Virus record (IMG/VR): IMGVR_UViG_3300011335_000154
Location: 1 to 34,693 of that record
DNA from: a virus
Lineage: Duplodnaviria; Caudoviricetes
Length of the DNA stretch: 34,693 bases
Direction: 5' to 3' (one strand)
Under the pieces are notes generated by a model. The model did no database searches, was not told where the DNA came from, and was given only the letters and a program-made list of their open reading frames with translations. Below, in pieces: positions 16,541 to 26,639 of this stretch (position 1 is the first letter of the stretch; every line of letters starts with the position of its first letter). The position numbers and the translations under genes are program-made.

Positions 16541-17184
16541 CCTATCTACAACTGATCAACAACGTATTGATTCGTTTGCGTGAAACCCAAGTCTCTACTA
16601 ATTCTGAGACTTCTTACTCAACTCTAATTGGCTTGTTTGTCAACGATGCTAAACGTCAGATTGAAGATGCTTTCAGTTGGAATGTATTAGGTCAGACAAC
16701 AACCGTAACTACTACTTCTGGAACTTATGTTTACTCATTAACTGGTTCTGGTCAGAAGTTCCAAGTACAGGATGCTTTGAATACAACATCTAATGTTCCA
16801 TTGCAGAATATCTCTTTTGTAGAGATGAACAGATTTCAGAATCTTGTTCCTACAATAAGTGGAATTCCTGAGTATTACGCATTTGATGGTGTAGATGGTA
16901 ATGGAGATACAAAAGTAGTTTTTTACCCAAGACCTGATGGCGTATACAACATTCCATTTGCCCTCATAGTACCTCAAGCACCATTGGCTGCTGACGGAAC
17001 TTCTGTGTTAGTTCCTGATACTCTTGTTGTTCAGAATGCTTATGCAAGGGCATTGGTTGAGCGAGGTGAGGATGGGGGTTTAAACTCTTCTGAGGCTTAT
17101 CAACTGTATAGGTCTATGTTGTCAGACCAGATTGCTTTAGAAGCCACTCGTTATCCTGAGAATCAGGAGTTTGTAGCTGTATGA
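16537..17184 (+). CDS. Head-tail adaptor / tail tubular protein A
   Basis: MTYLQLINNVLIRLRE, VNDAKR, YPRPD; synteny. Confidence 0.8.
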   Translation: MTYLQLINNVLIRLRETQVSTNSETSYSTLIGLFVNDAKRQIEDAFSWNVLGQTTTVTTTSGTYVYSLTGSGQKFQVQDALNTTSNVPLQNISFVEMNRFQNLVPTISGIPEYYAFDGVDGNGDTKVVFYPRPDGVYNIPFALIVPQAPLAADGTSVLVPDTLVVQNAYARALVERGEDGGLNSSEAYQLYRSMLSDQIALEATRYPENQEFVAV

Positions 17185-18737
17185 GCCAAGCCCTACAGAC
17201 TGTAAGCATCTCAGCGCCAGGATTCTTTGGCCTGAATACTCAGGACTCGCCATTAGATTTGGCGGCTGGCTTTGCTTTGGTAGCGACTAACTGTGTGATT
17301 GACCGATATGGTCGTGTTGGTTCACGCAAGGGTTGGACAAAGGTTAACTCTTCTACTGGTAACTTAGGCTCAAACAATGTTGGTGTTATTCACGAGTTAG
17401 TTCAAACTGATGGCACATTGACTGTTCTGTTTGCGGGAAACAATAAGATATTCAAACTTAGTGGCACTTCAGTTACTGAGTTGACCTATGGAGGGGGTGG
17501 TACTGCCCCTACGATTACTGCAAGCAATTGGGCTTGTGCTTCGTTGAATGGAATTACTTATTTCTTTCAAGCAGACCATGACCCAATAATCTATGACCCC
17601 GCTGTTAGCACTACGACATATCGTAGGGTTACTGAGAAGACAGGTTATACAGGAACAGTTCCTTCTGGAAACATCGTTACTTCAGCGTATGGTCGTTTGT
17701 GGGTTGCAGATACTACTACTGATAACACGACTGTTTACTTCTCTGATCTGTTGGCTGGTCATGTTTGGAGTGGTGGCACTGCGGGTTCTTTGAATACCAA
17801 TTTGGTATGGCCTAATGGTGCAGATAACATTACTGGTTTGGCAGCGCACAACAATTTCTTGATCATCTTTGGTCAGAGACAGATTCTTGTGTATTCAGGT
17901 GCTACATCTCCTGCTACGATTACTTTGGCAGACACTGTAAACAGCATTGGATGTATTTCTAGGGATTCTATTCAAAGTACTGGTAAGGATGTTCTGTTCT
18001 TGTCTAACTCAGGTGTCAGATCATTTGCCAGAACGGTGATTGAGAAGTCTGTACCTATTGGAGACTTATCTAAGAATGTTCGCAATGATTTGATGTTGAG
18101 TGTGTCTGGAGAGACTGCTTCTAATATCAAATCTGTTTACTCAGAGAGTGAAGCGTTCTATCTTCTTGTTTTGCCAGTATCTAAAGAGGTTTATTGCTTT
18201 GATACTCGTGGTCAATTACAAGATGGATCGTTCAGGGTCACTACTTGGGACTCTATTGAGCCTTCTGCATTGTTTGCTCGTAGAAACGGTGATTTGTTGA
18301 TTGGTAAGACTGGATACATTGCTAAATACTCTGGCTATTTAGATGATGCTTCTGTGTACCGATTTCAGTACTATACAAACCATGCTGATTTGGGCAATGC
18401 TAATGTTACTTCTTTGCTCAAGAGGATCAAGGTCGTGGTGATTGGTGGATCTAATCAGTTTGTCACGATCAAGTGGGGATTTGATTTTGCTACTAACTAC
18501 TTGTCAACCAATGCAAATATTCCAACTCAAGGAGTATCGGAGTATGGGGTTGCTGAGTATGGTTCTAATGGTGTTCCTGTTGCTCAATATTCAAGTGGTG
18601 TTGCCATACAGACATTGAGTGCCTCTGCATCTGGTAGCGGTAAAATTGTTCAAACTGGTTATGAATCAAACATCAATGGTAATGCGCTATCAATTCAACG
18701 CATTGAGATCCAATCTAAAGACGGGAAAACAGTATGA
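17181..18737 (+). CDS. Tail nozzle / tubular protein B (P22 gp10-like)
   Basis: GLNT, RKG, GRLW, VYFSD, GCIS..SI, LFLSNSGVRS beta-propeller pattern. Confidence 0.8.
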   Translation: MSQALQTVSISAPGFFGLNTQDSPLDLAAGFALVATNCVIDRYGRVGSRKGWTKVNSSTGNLGSNNVGVIHELVQTDGTLTVLFAGNNKIFKLSGTSVTELTYGGGGTAPTITASNWACASLNGITYFFQADHDPIIYDPAVSTTTYRRVTEKTGYTGTVPSGNIVTSAYGRLWVADTTTDNTTVYFSDLLAGHVWSGGTAGSLNTNLVWPNGADNITGLAAHNNFLIIFGQRQILVYSGATSPATITLADTVNSIGCISRDSIQSTGKDVLFLSNSGVRSFARTVIEKSVPIGDLSKNVRNDLMLSVSGETASNIKSVYSESEAFYLLVLPVSKEVYCFDTRGQLQDGSFRVTTWDSIEPSALFARRNGDLLIGKTGYIAKYSGYLDDASVYRFQYYTNHADLGNANVTSLLKRIKVVVIGGSNQFVTIKWGFDFATNYLSTNANIPTQGVSEYGVAEYGSNGVPVAQYSSGVAIQTLSASASGSGKIVQTGYESNINGNALSIQRIEIQSKDGKTV

Positions 18738-18764
18738 ATTCCTACCTAAATCAAGGAGACTTAA

Positions 18765-19514
18765 GTGTCTAATTACACACAAAGCACTAACTTTGCTACC
18801 AAAGACGCACTTTCTAGTGGCGATCCACTCAAGATTGTTAAGGGTACTGAGATAAATACTGAGTTCAACAATATCTCTACTGCTATTGCGACTAAGGCTG
18901 ATTTAGTATCTCCTACGTTTACTGGAACTCCACTAGCACCTACTGCTTCTGCGGGTACGAATAACACTCAATTGGCGACTACTGCTTATGCAGATTCGGC
19001 AGTGTCTACGGCTGCTGCGGCAATCAAGTCTGCTTTGTTTCCTGTTGGAGCAATCTACACTGCGGTTGTTTCGACTAATCCTGGCACTCTGTTAGGTTTC
19101 GGTACTTGGACAGCATTTGGTGCAGGTCGGGTCATGGTTGGCTTTGATTCTAGCAATGCACTATTTGACACTGCTGAAGAAACTGGCGGTAGTGCAGATG
19201 CTATTACTGTCACCCACACTCACACAGCAACTTCTACTGTTACTGATGCGGGTCACTCACACGGATTGATGGGTGCGGATGCTACTGGTGTTACACGAGG
19301 TCTTAGCGAGTCAACATCACGAAATGTTCAGGGTGGAGACTCTACTACTAACAGGGGTTATAAAACTACTGCTCCTACTGGTGGTGAGAACTTGGTTGAG
19401 TCAAAGACAACTGGTGTTACTGTTGCTACTACCAATGCATCAACAGGTTCTAGTGGCACTAATGCTAACTATCAGCCATACATTACTGTTTATATGTGGA
19501 AACGCACAGCATGA
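18765..19514 (+). CDS. Short tail fibre/tip protein with gp10-C-like domain
   Basis: AAGGAG SD with GTG start; SPTFTGTP.APT, FPVGAIY, GTW..FGAGRV.VG, QPYITVYMWKRTA. Confidence 0.85.
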   Translation: MSNYTQSTNFATKDALSSGDPLKIVKGTEINTEFNNISTAIATKADLVSPTFTGTPLAPTASAGTNNTQLATTAYADSAVSTAAAAIKSALFPVGAIYTAVVSTNPGTLLGFGTWTAFGAGRVMVGFDSSNALFDTAEETGGSADAITVTHTHTATSTVTDAGHSHGLMGADATGVTRGLSESTSRNVQGGDSTTNRGYKTTAPTGGENLVESKTTGVTVATTNASTGSSGTNANYQPYITVYMWKRTA

Positions 19515-19804
19515 TTTCACATCATTTCAGTGATGGTTTGTATGCCAAGGAAGCGCAGTTTGGCGCGGGTACAGCCATTCTGAAACATACGCATGAGTTC
19601 AGTCACTTGTCTATCTTAGCTAAAGGCAAGGTAGCGGTGATGAAGGGTGAAGAGATAGAGATTATTGAAGCGCCATCATGTATTGAGATCAAAGCGGGTC
19701 TCACACATGGTGTTAAAGCGATTACGGATTGTGTTTGGTTTTGTATTCATGCCACTGACGAGAAAGATCCGTCAAAAGTGGACGACATTTTGATTGGAGT
19801 TTGA
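19511..19804 (+). CDS. Cupin-fold protein
   Basis: HTHEFSHLSILAKG...H.VKAITD.VWFCIH. Confidence 0.75.
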   Translation: MISHHFSDGLYAKEAQFGAGTAILKHTHEFSHLSILAKGKVAVMKGEEIEIIEAPSCIEIKAGLTHGVKAITDCVWFCIHATDEKDPSKVDDILIGV

Positions 19805-19805
19805 T

Positions 19806-20849
19806 ATGCCTTTTACAGCAGCCTTAATTGGTGGTGGCGCTTCTCTGTTGGGAGGCTTGATTGGTGGTAATTCAGCTAAACGAGCCGCACAGACTCAGGC
19901 TGATGCACAACTTAAAGCGGCACAGTTAGCGGCTGATGAAGCACGTTTCCGTCCTGTTGGAGTAACTACTCGATTTGGACAGTCTCAGTTCCAGACTGAT
20001 GCCAATGGTAGGGTTACTGGTGCGGGTTATACCTTGACTCCAGAGATGAAGGCCATGCAAGACCGATTCTTAGGTCTAGCGGGTACAGGTTTAACTCAAG
20101 CTGAAGGCGCTCAACAACAGTTTGCCCCTTTACAGGGTGCGGCACAAGGTTTGTTTAATCTTGGTCAACAGTACATTGCTCAGTCTCCTCAAGAGGCGGC
20201 ACAGCAGTACATGGCTAAACAACAAGAGTTGTTAGCTCCTAGTCGTGAACGTCAGTATGGAGCATTGCAAAACCAATTATTCCAAACAGGTAGGGGGGGT
20301 CTATCTGTGGGTGCTACTGGTGCTAGGCCAAGTGGTGCGGCAGGTCTTGGTGCTTCCAATCCTGAGACAGAAGCCTACTATAACGCTTTGGCTCAACAAG
20401 ATGCTCAATTGGCGGCACAAGCAATGCAAGCTGGTCAACAACAGACTGCCTTTGGTGCGGGATTGTTTGGTACTGGTGGCAACTTGTTAACTCAAGGTTA
20501 TCAAGGTCAAGCGGGTGCTTTAGCGCCTTACCAAGCGTATCTGTCTGGTGCTACAGGACTTGAGAATCTTGGTCAACAACCATTGGATATTGGTGCGGGT
20601 ATTGGCGCTAAAGTGGCTAATCCTACTGGTGCTAATGCTTTGTTCCAAGGGGGTAGCGGTGCGGCTCAATCAATGGGCATGGCTAATGCTTACAACCCAT
20701 TTGCTACTGCTCTAACTGGATTCTCACGAAGCCCATCACTTACAAACGCGGCAGCCAATTGGTTCAATGGTGGTCGTGGTAGTAACGATATCATTGGTTA
20801 TGGTATGTATGATGGCGCTGTTCAAGGTGGCGCTTTTGGTAGCGCATAA
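19806..20849 (+). CDS. DNA ejection / internal virion protein
   Basis: G/A/Q-rich; hydrophobic GGxxLLGG N-terminus; synteny. Confidence 0.7.
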   Translation: MPFTAALIGGGASLLGGLIGGNSAKRAAQTQADAQLKAAQLAADEARFRPVGVTTRFGQSQFQTDANGRVTGAGYTLTPEMKAMQDRFLGLAGTGLTQAEGAQQQFAPLQGAAQGLFNLGQQYIAQSPQEAAQQYMAKQQELLAPSRERQYGALQNQLFQTGRGGLSVGATGARPSGAAGLGASNPETEAYYNALAQQDAQLAAQAMQAGQQQTAFGAGLFGTGGNLLTQGYQGQAGALAPYQAYLSGATGLENLGQQPLDIGAGIGAKVANPTGANALFQGGSGAAQSMGMANAYNPFATALTGFSRSPSLTNAAANWFNGGRGSNDIIGYGMYDGAVQGGAFGSA

Positions 20850-20859
20850 GGAGTAAATC

Positions 20860-22164
20860 ATGGCAGATATCGTCCAATCTTTATTTGGCATAACGCCAGA
20901 AATGTATCAGCAAAGCCAACAGGCTCAGGCTGACGCACAAGCATTGCAATACGCAAAGTTATCTCCTTTTGAACAGGCCAACTATGCAATAGGTCGTGGT
21001 GCAAATATGCTTGGCACTGCTATTGGCAGAGGTTTGGGTGGTCAAGACCCTGAACTAGCTCGCATTACTGCTAGACAACAGATTGCTCAACAGATTAACT
21101 ACGCTGATCCTGCATCTATTGCTAGGGGCGTTCAGATGTTATCTCAAGCGGGAGATACACAAGGTGCTATGTACCTTGCAGATGTTGGTCGTAAGGCTGA
21201 AAGTGAACAAGCATTGGCGGCACAGCGTAATGCTGCGGCTAATCGTGAACGTCAACAATCAGTTCCTCCGCAGATATTGATTTCCGACAGAATTGCTGAG
21301 CTAAACACTCAATTAGATGCTTTAACCCAACAGCCATCATCTCCTGAAAGAGATGCTCAACTAAATCTTACAACCAGAAGACTTGAGGCTATTCAACAAC
21401 AAGTTGAAAAAGCTCCTAAGACAGTTGTTGTTGGAAATGCTTTGGTTGATGCTGTTACTGGTGCTGAAATATACAAAGGCCCTGATGCCCAAAAATACTC
21501 AGAATTTGCCAAAACATTAACTGAGGCTGGTTTAATACCAGGAACTGAGCCTTTCCAAAAACGTATGCTTGAATACGCAACTAAAAAGGTTGAAGGCGCT
21601 GGCAAAGGAACTGGCAACGTCACTATTGGTGGTATCAATGTTGATACTGGTGCGGCTGCTAAAGCGGCATCAAAGATTATTGGTGAAAATATAGCCAATA
21701 TTGAACAGCAATTCTCTTTGCAAACCGCATATAAAGATGCACTTGGTTTGTTGAATCAAGGAATCTATGGCGGTGCTTTTGGCCCTGAAAAACAATTTGT
21801 AGCAAAATACACTGGCATTGGCGATCCTAAAAAGGTCGTAAATACAGAAGTATTTATGGCAAACATTGGTGAGATTGTTATACCTCGTTTGCAACAGTTT
21901 GGTGGCAATGATTCTAATGAAGAACTTAAATACTTGCAGAGCGTAGTTGCGGGTAATCAACGTCTTGAGCCTGAGTCAATGAAACGTACTTTGATTAGTG
22001 CAGAAAAGAAAGTTCAAAACAACATTGAACGCATAAGGCTACAAACACAATCGGCTAAAGGTGGTACTGCACTACCAATTACGCCTGTTACGCCAACAGC
22101 ACAAAAGCCAACAAAACGGTGGAATCCTCAAACTCGCACACTTGAGACAGTAACTGGAGAATAA
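20860..22164 (+). CDS. DNA ejection / internal virion protein
   Basis: AAGGAG SD; A/Q-rich and helical; synteny. Confidence 0.65.
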   Translation: MADIVQSLFGITPEMYQQSQQAQADAQALQYAKLSPFEQANYAIGRGANMLGTAIGRGLGGQDPELARITARQQIAQQINYADPASIARGVQMLSQAGDTQGAMYLADVGRKAESEQALAAQRNAAANRERQQSVPPQILISDRIAELNTQLDALTQQPSSPERDAQLNLTTRRLEAIQQQVEKAPKTVVVGNALVDAVTGAEIYKGPDAQKYSEFAKTLTEAGLIPGTEPFQKRMLEYATKKVEGAGKGTGNVTIGGINVDTGAAAKAASKIIGENIANIEQQFSLQTAYKDALGLLNQGIYGGAFGPEKQFVAKYTGIGDPKKVVNTEVFMANIGEIVIPRLQQFGGNDSNEELKYLQSVVAGNQRLEPESMKRTLISAEKKVQNNIERIRLQTQSAKGGTALPITPVTPTAQKPTKRWNPQTRTLETVTGE

Positions 22165-22165
22165 T

Positions 22166-23824
22166 ATGCCTACTTATGTTCAGGTTGGTAAGGATGTAAT
22201 TGAGTTTCCAGATGGGATGTCTGATGAGCAAATAGCGCAAGCTATCTCTGGCACTATGCCTCAAGCTAAAGCTCCATCTTCTGGATTTATGATGGGTTTA
22301 AAAGATCCTATCACTGGTGGCGCTCAATTGCTTCCTCGTGCTTTAGCAGGGATCACCAGTTTGGGTGGTGCTGTTCCTAATCCTGTTAGCCAATTTTTCT
22401 CAGAAGAGGCAAAGCGTGTAGACGAGATGGCTAAAGCTGAAGAGCAAGCATACCAAGCACAACGTGCGGCTCAAGGTGAGTCTGGTTTCGATGTATCACG
22501 TTTAGGTGGAAACATACTAAACCCCGCTAGTTTGCTTCCCGCGGCAAGAGTTGCTCAATTAGCCAAGGCAAGAGGTGTTTCTACTATTGGGCAAGCGGCA
22601 GCAGGTGGTGCTGTAGGTGGAGCTATGCAACCCGCTGTTGGAGAAGGCACTTTTGGTGAACAGAAGACTGAACAAGTTGCGGTAGGTGCAGTTACTGGCC
22701 CTATCGGTGAAAAGGTTGTTGCTGGCGCTGGTCGAGTACTCAACCCATTAGTTTCCAAAGCAGAGAAAACCATGCGTGATCTTGGAATCACACCAACAAC
22801 AGGTCAAACTCTTGGTGGTCAATTTAAGACAATTGAAGAGTTTGCTCAAAACTTACCTTTAATTGGATCAAGCATTGAAAACGCAAGACAGCGTGTATTG
22901 TTTGATTTTAACAAGGGTGTAATAAACAAAGCTCTTCAGAAAGTTGACGACAAATTACCTGCTGATGTTGTTGGCAGAGATGCCATTGCTTACGCTTCAG
23001 ATGAAGTCTCTAAAAAGTATGATGATGTTTTATCAAAGATGTCATTTGACTTGGACTTTGCAACTACTAGCAACATCCTTGGTGCTTTGAGTAAAGCAAA
23101 GAGTTTAGATTCAAATCAAAGAACTCAAATTACAGAAACATTGAACGACATTGTTTTCGGTAAGTTTGCTGGTCAAAAGATTGATGGTCAAACATACAAA
23201 GGCATTGAGTCTGACTTACGCAAGAAAGCAAGTAACTACGCTAATAGTGCAACTGCTTCCGAACGTGAGGTTGGAGAGGCTTTAACTGATGTTCTTGGTG
23301 CTATCAAAAAAGAGTTGTATTTCCAGAATCCAAAACAAACATCCAAGTTGCGTAGAATTGACAGTGCATATAGTGATTTGTCAGTAATCAATGTTGCTGC
23401 GGCAAACTCTGGTGCAGATAATGGTGTTTTCACACCAAAACAATTCTCTACTGCTGTTCGTCAGCAAGATCAAACAAGACGTAAAACTTCATTTGCCAAA
23501 GGTCGTGCCAAAGGACAAGAAGTCTCTGATGCGGCAGTTCAAGTTCTTGGAGACACAGCAAGATCAACCTTAGAGGGGCGAATTGCGGCATCTACTGTTG
23601 GTGGATTGGGACTGTTGTCTCAACCTCAAGTAGCAATTCCCGCAGTTGGCATTATTCCTCCCGCATACAGTCCTGGTGGGCAAAAAGCAATTGATATGTT
23701 GTTACGCCAGCGTCCAGAGCTTTTACAACGTTTGGGTGGGATGTTTTCTCGGCAATCAGCGCCTATTGGTGGCGTTGTAGCACCAAGTGCTGTTGGACAG
23801 TACAACCTTTCAGAAAGACAATGA
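22166..23824 (+). CDS. DNA ejection / internal virion protein
   Basis: EFPDGMSDEQI N-terminus; G/A-rich; synteny. Confidence 0.7.
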   Translation: MPTYVQVGKDVIEFPDGMSDEQIAQAISGTMPQAKAPSSGFMMGLKDPITGGAQLLPRALAGITSLGGAVPNPVSQFFSEEAKRVDEMAKAEEQAYQAQRAAQGESGFDVSRLGGNILNPASLLPAARVAQLAKARGVSTIGQAAAGGAVGGAMQPAVGEGTFGEQKTEQVAVGAVTGPIGEKVVAGAGRVLNPLVSKAEKTMRDLGITPTTGQTLGGQFKTIEEFAQNLPLIGSSIENARQRVLFDFNKGVINKALQKVDDKLPADVVGRDAIAYASDEVSKKYDDVLSKMSFDLDFATTSNILGALSKAKSLDSNQRTQITETLNDIVFGKFAGQKIDGQTYKGIESDLRKKASNYANSATASEREVGEALTDVLGAIKKELYFQNPKQTSKLRRIDSAYSDLSVINVAAANSGADNGVFTPKQFSTAVRQQDQTRRKTSFAKGRAKGQEVSDAAVQVLGDTARSTLEGRIAASTVGGLGLLSQPQVAIPAVGIIPPAYSPGGQKAIDMLLRQRPELLQRLGGMFSRQSAPIGGVVAPSAVGQYNLSERQ

Positions 23825-23910
23825 AAGATTGGACTGAAGTAATAGCCTCAGTCCTACTTCTTTGTTTTGTAATTTTTTGTAGTTATATTGTTGTTTGGGC
23901 ATTTCCGTGA
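23821..23910 (+). CDS. 29-aa TM peptide
   Basis: MKDWTEVIASVLLLCFVIFCSYIVVWAFP; 4-nt overlaps on both sides. Confidence 0.55.
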   Translation: MKDWTEVIASVLLLCFVIFCSYIVVWAFP

Positions 23911-24020
23911 TCGCCTTTCTCTTGGCGGCAACCATAGAGTACCGATGTATTAAATGGACTTGGACTGGTGATGTTTTCAACCGTAAGGTTGTTTGCATTA
24001 AGTGGGAGAGAAAGAAATGA
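23907..24020 (+). CDS. 37-aa peptide with duplicated CIKW
   Basis: GTG start; IAFLLAATIEYRCIKWTWTGDVFNRKVVCIKWERKK; 4-nt overlaps on both sides. Confidence 0.55.
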   Translation: MIAFLLAATIEYRCIKWTWTGDVFNRKVVCIKWERKK

Positions 24021-24508
24021 TTGATCCGTTAAGTGCTTTAGAGGGTCTTCAAAAAGCCATCACAATGGTCAAGAAGGCCAGTAAGGTTGCCAACGATATT
24101 GGTGGTCTTGCTCCGATGATTGGAAAGATGTTTGATGCCAAGAGCCAAGCATCTAAGGCTATGGTTGAGGCCAAGAGGTCTGGTGGCTCAAATATGGGTC
24201 ATGCTTTGCAAATTGAGATGGCATTAGAGCAGACTAGGCAGTTTGAAAAAGAGCTTCAGATGTTGTTCATGCAAACAGGAAAGATAGATGTTTGGAACAA
24301 GATTAAGGAGAGAGCGCAACAGATGGACATTGAGGATGCTCATTTGGCTCGTCAAGCTAAAGCAGATGCTAAGAAAAAGAAAGAAGAACAAGAAGAGCAA
24401 GCCGCTATCGTAATTGGTGCTTTTGTTTTGATTCTTTTGTTTCTTGGTGTTGGTTATGCGGTTATTGAGTTCCAAGAGTACTGCAAACAAGTAAGGTGTG
24501 GTCGGTGA
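24017..24508 (+). CDS. Coiled-coil protein with C-terminal TM anchor
   Basis: MIDPLS...; AIVIGAFVLILLFLGVGYAV. Confidence 0.75.
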   Translation: MIDPLSALEGLQKAITMVKKASKVANDIGGLAPMIGKMFDAKSQASKAMVEAKRSGGSNMGHALQIEMALEQTRQFEKELQMLFMQTGKIDVWNKIKERAQQMDIEDAHLARQAKADAKKKKEEQEEQAAIVIGAFVLILLFLGVGYAVIEFQEYCKQVRCGR

Positions 24509-24660
24509 ATGAGTATCAGAAACAATTTGATATGTTTCTAAAGGTGTTCATTTATGGCTGTGTTGCTTGGTGGTTTCTTGGATTGTTGAAGTATTTACCT
24601 GATGACTTGGCTGCGAAGGTGGTAGATCTTTTACTTGGAAAGGTTGGTCTTGGTAAATGA
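24505..24660 (+). CDS. 51-aa membrane protein
   Basis: GTG start; FLKVFIYGCVAWWFLGLL; 4-nt overlaps on both sides. Confidence 0.6.
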   Translation: MNEYQKQFDMFLKVFIYGCVAWWFLGLLKYLPDDLAAKVVDLLLGKVGLGK

Positions 24661-24857
24661 GATATCTTTTACTGCTTTTACTGTTAACTGGATGCGAAGA
24701 TAAATACAGATATTTTTGCCAGAATCCTGATAACTTTGTGCATGAGAGTTGTCAAAAACCTCGCTGTCTGTTCACCCAGACTTGTCCTGAATACTTGGTA
24801 GCACCAATTCTTGAGAAAAAGGTTAACGATGTCCAACAAGAAAAGACCAACAATTGA
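24657..24857 (+). CDS. Cys-rich lipoprotein
   Basis: MRYLLLLLLLTGC lipobox plus four further Cys. Confidence 0.8.
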   Translation: MRYLLLLLLLTGCEDKYRYFCQNPDNFVHESCQKPRCLFTQTCPEYLVAPILEKKVNDVQQEKTNN

Positions 24858-25308
24858 AGAGGTAGAGACCTATGTTTGGGGCTTTGTGGTTGTCATGGTC
24901 ACATTGATTCTGTGCTTCATTGTGATTGCTTTGCTCTATTCTGTAACCTTTGTGACTCAGCCAATCAAGAGCATGGCTCCCATCGACATGGCCTACACCA
25001 AGATGTTGAACGACATTGTTCTGCTGATTGTTGGTGGTATCGGTGGTGTTATCGGTAAGAAGGGTGTTGGAACGGCTTTAAACGCGATCCAAGGCCCTCC
25101 AACGCCTCCACCTAACCCTACACCGCCTCCACCACCTCCTGTGGCTCAAAACACTTGGTCTCCAACAGCACCTAACTGGTTGAACTTCAAGAATCCTGAT
25201 TTAGATGAGTCTTGGACACCGCCTCCTCCTCCGACTACTCCACCTGATTTGTTAGAAGCAGATCACGAAAGAGAGCAGTTGGCGATGGCTAGAAAAGAGG
25301 TTGGATAA
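24829..25308 (+). CDS. Two-TM holin-like protein with Pro-rich tail
   Basis: Two hydrophobic segments; poly-Pro C-terminus; in the lysis cassette. Confidence 0.65.
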   Translation: MSNKKRPTIEEVETYVWGFVVVMVTLILCFIVIALLYSVTFVTQPIKSMAPIDMAYTKMLNDIVLLIVGGIGGVIGKKGVGTALNAIQGPPTPPPNPTPPPPPPVAQNTWSPTAPNWLNFKNPDLDESWTPPPPPTTPPDLLEADHEREQLAMARKEVG

Positions 25309-25805
25309 TGTTTGGCATACCACTTCCTTGGCTATTGGTTGGTCTGTGTATAACTTTGTTTGGGACATACCGAGGTGGTTATCACTTTGGTTGGTCAGAC
25401 AGAGATAAAGAGATGCAGATACAGATTGCCAGGAAGAATGAAGAATCTCGTCAAACAGAACAGAAACTTAATGAACAACTGAACAGTACTGCCAGTAAAC
25501 TTTTGGAGGTTAACAATGTTGTCAATGAAAAACAATCTGCTCTTGATCGGGCTATTAGGGCTGGTCGGCTGCGGATCTCCGCCCCAAGTTGTGTACAAGC
25601 CCCCACAAATACCACCGTTGCCACCACAGATACAAAAGCAACCAGTGAACCTGACAGAGCGCCTGACACAGCTTCTGATGCCGAGCGAGCCACCCTCCAA
25701 GCCATTGCAGAAATAGTTGCACAGGGTGATAGGAATACAGCGGCTCTTAATGCTTGTGTGGACTCGTATAACCAGATGAGAGACTTGTTGAATGATAAAC
25801 ACTGA
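25308..25805 (+). CDS. Rz-like i-spanin
   Basis: N-terminal TM, coiled coil, GRLRI, LNACVD. Confidence 0.85.
   Translation: MFGIPLPWLLVGLCITLFGTYRGGYHFGWSDRDKEMQIQIARKNEESRQTEQKLNEQLNSTASKLLEVNNVVNEKQSALDRAIRAGRLRISAPSCVQAPTNTTVATTDTKATSEPDRAPDTASDAERATLQAIAEIVAQGDRNTAALNACVDSYNQMRDLLNDKH
25525..25716 (+). CDS. Rz1-like o-spanin lipoprotein nested in Rz (+1 frame)
   Basis: MKNNLLLIGLLGLVGC lipobox; Pro-rich mature part. Confidence 0.8.
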   Translation: MKNNLLLIGLLGLVGCGSPPQVVYKPPQIPPLPPQIQKQPVNLTERLTQLLMPSEPPSKPLQK

Positions 25806-26388
25806 ACAACTCAAACAACTTCACATTGGCCCTGAGTGGTTGGATGGTTTAAACGCTACTTTTGAGCGTTTTGACATTATGAATCCGCTAAGAAAGGCGG
25901 CTTTTATTGGTCAATGTGGGCATGAGTGTGGGAACTTTAAGATTCTGTCAGAGAACCTGAACTATCGTGCAGAGGCTTTACAGAAGTTATGGCCTAAAAG
26001 GTTTGACACCACCAAAGCACAGATGTGCGCTCGTAATCCTAAGTTGATTGCCAATACTGTTTACTCTAATCGTATGGGAAACAGGGATGAGGCTTCTGGT
26101 GATGGCTATCGTTTCAGGGGAAGAGGTTGTATCCAATTGACAGGACACGCCAACTACTATCATGCGGGTCAGGCTTTAGGAGTGGATTTTGTGATGAATC
26201 CTGATCTAGTGGCAACTCCTATGTACGCTGCACTGACAGCGGGTTGGTTTTGGGATACTCATAAGTTAAACCAGTATGCTGATTCTCAAGACTATAGAAC
26301 CATGACTAAAAAGATCAATGGTGGATTTATAGGTTTGGCAGACAGAGAAAAACATATTGCTCATGCTCTCTCTGTTCTTACTGCTTAA
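25792..26388 (+). CDS. Endolysin, glycoside hydrolase family 19
   Basis: GQCGHE, ENLNY, YRFRGRG.IQLTG..NY, INGG..GL.DR. Confidence 0.93.
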   Translation: MINTEQLKQLHIGPEWLDGLNATFERFDIMNPLRKAAFIGQCGHECGNFKILSENLNYRAEALQKLWPKRFDTTKAQMCARNPKLIANTVYSNRMGNRDEASGDGYRFRGRGCIQLTGHANYYHAGQALGVDFVMNPDLVATPMYAALTAGWFWDTHKLNQYADSQDYRTMTKKINGGFIGLADREKHIAHALSVLTA

Positions 26389-26639
26389 CTCTTCATGTTT
26401 CTAACGAATTGAGCAAAACTCTGTGCTGTGTCTCCAAAGACCTTCATCTTGTCAAACTCTTTAGCGACTTCCTCTAGTACTTCGTTTCTCTGTGATGGAG
26501 AGACATAGATATCCCAATGGTAGGGCTGTCCAGACTCATCTCTCTCTGGTTGCATCTCTTGTCCTAATCTTTGTACTTTACGCATAGCACTTTCACGTTT
26601 TATGCGATCAAATTCATCGTCTTCGTCAGTGTGAATCAT
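26385..26639 (-). CDS. Hypothetical protein
   Basis: RNEVLEEVAKEFD; stop overlaps the endolysin stop. Confidence 0.7.
   Translation of the reverse strand: MIHTDEDDEFDRIKRESAMRKVQRLGQEMQPERDESGQPYHWDIYVSPSQRNEVLEEVAKEFDKMKVFGDTAQSFAQFVRNMKS

Noticed and set aside
25095-25245. C-rich repeats as a DNA element
   Set aside because: Explained by poly-proline coding in the holin-like protein
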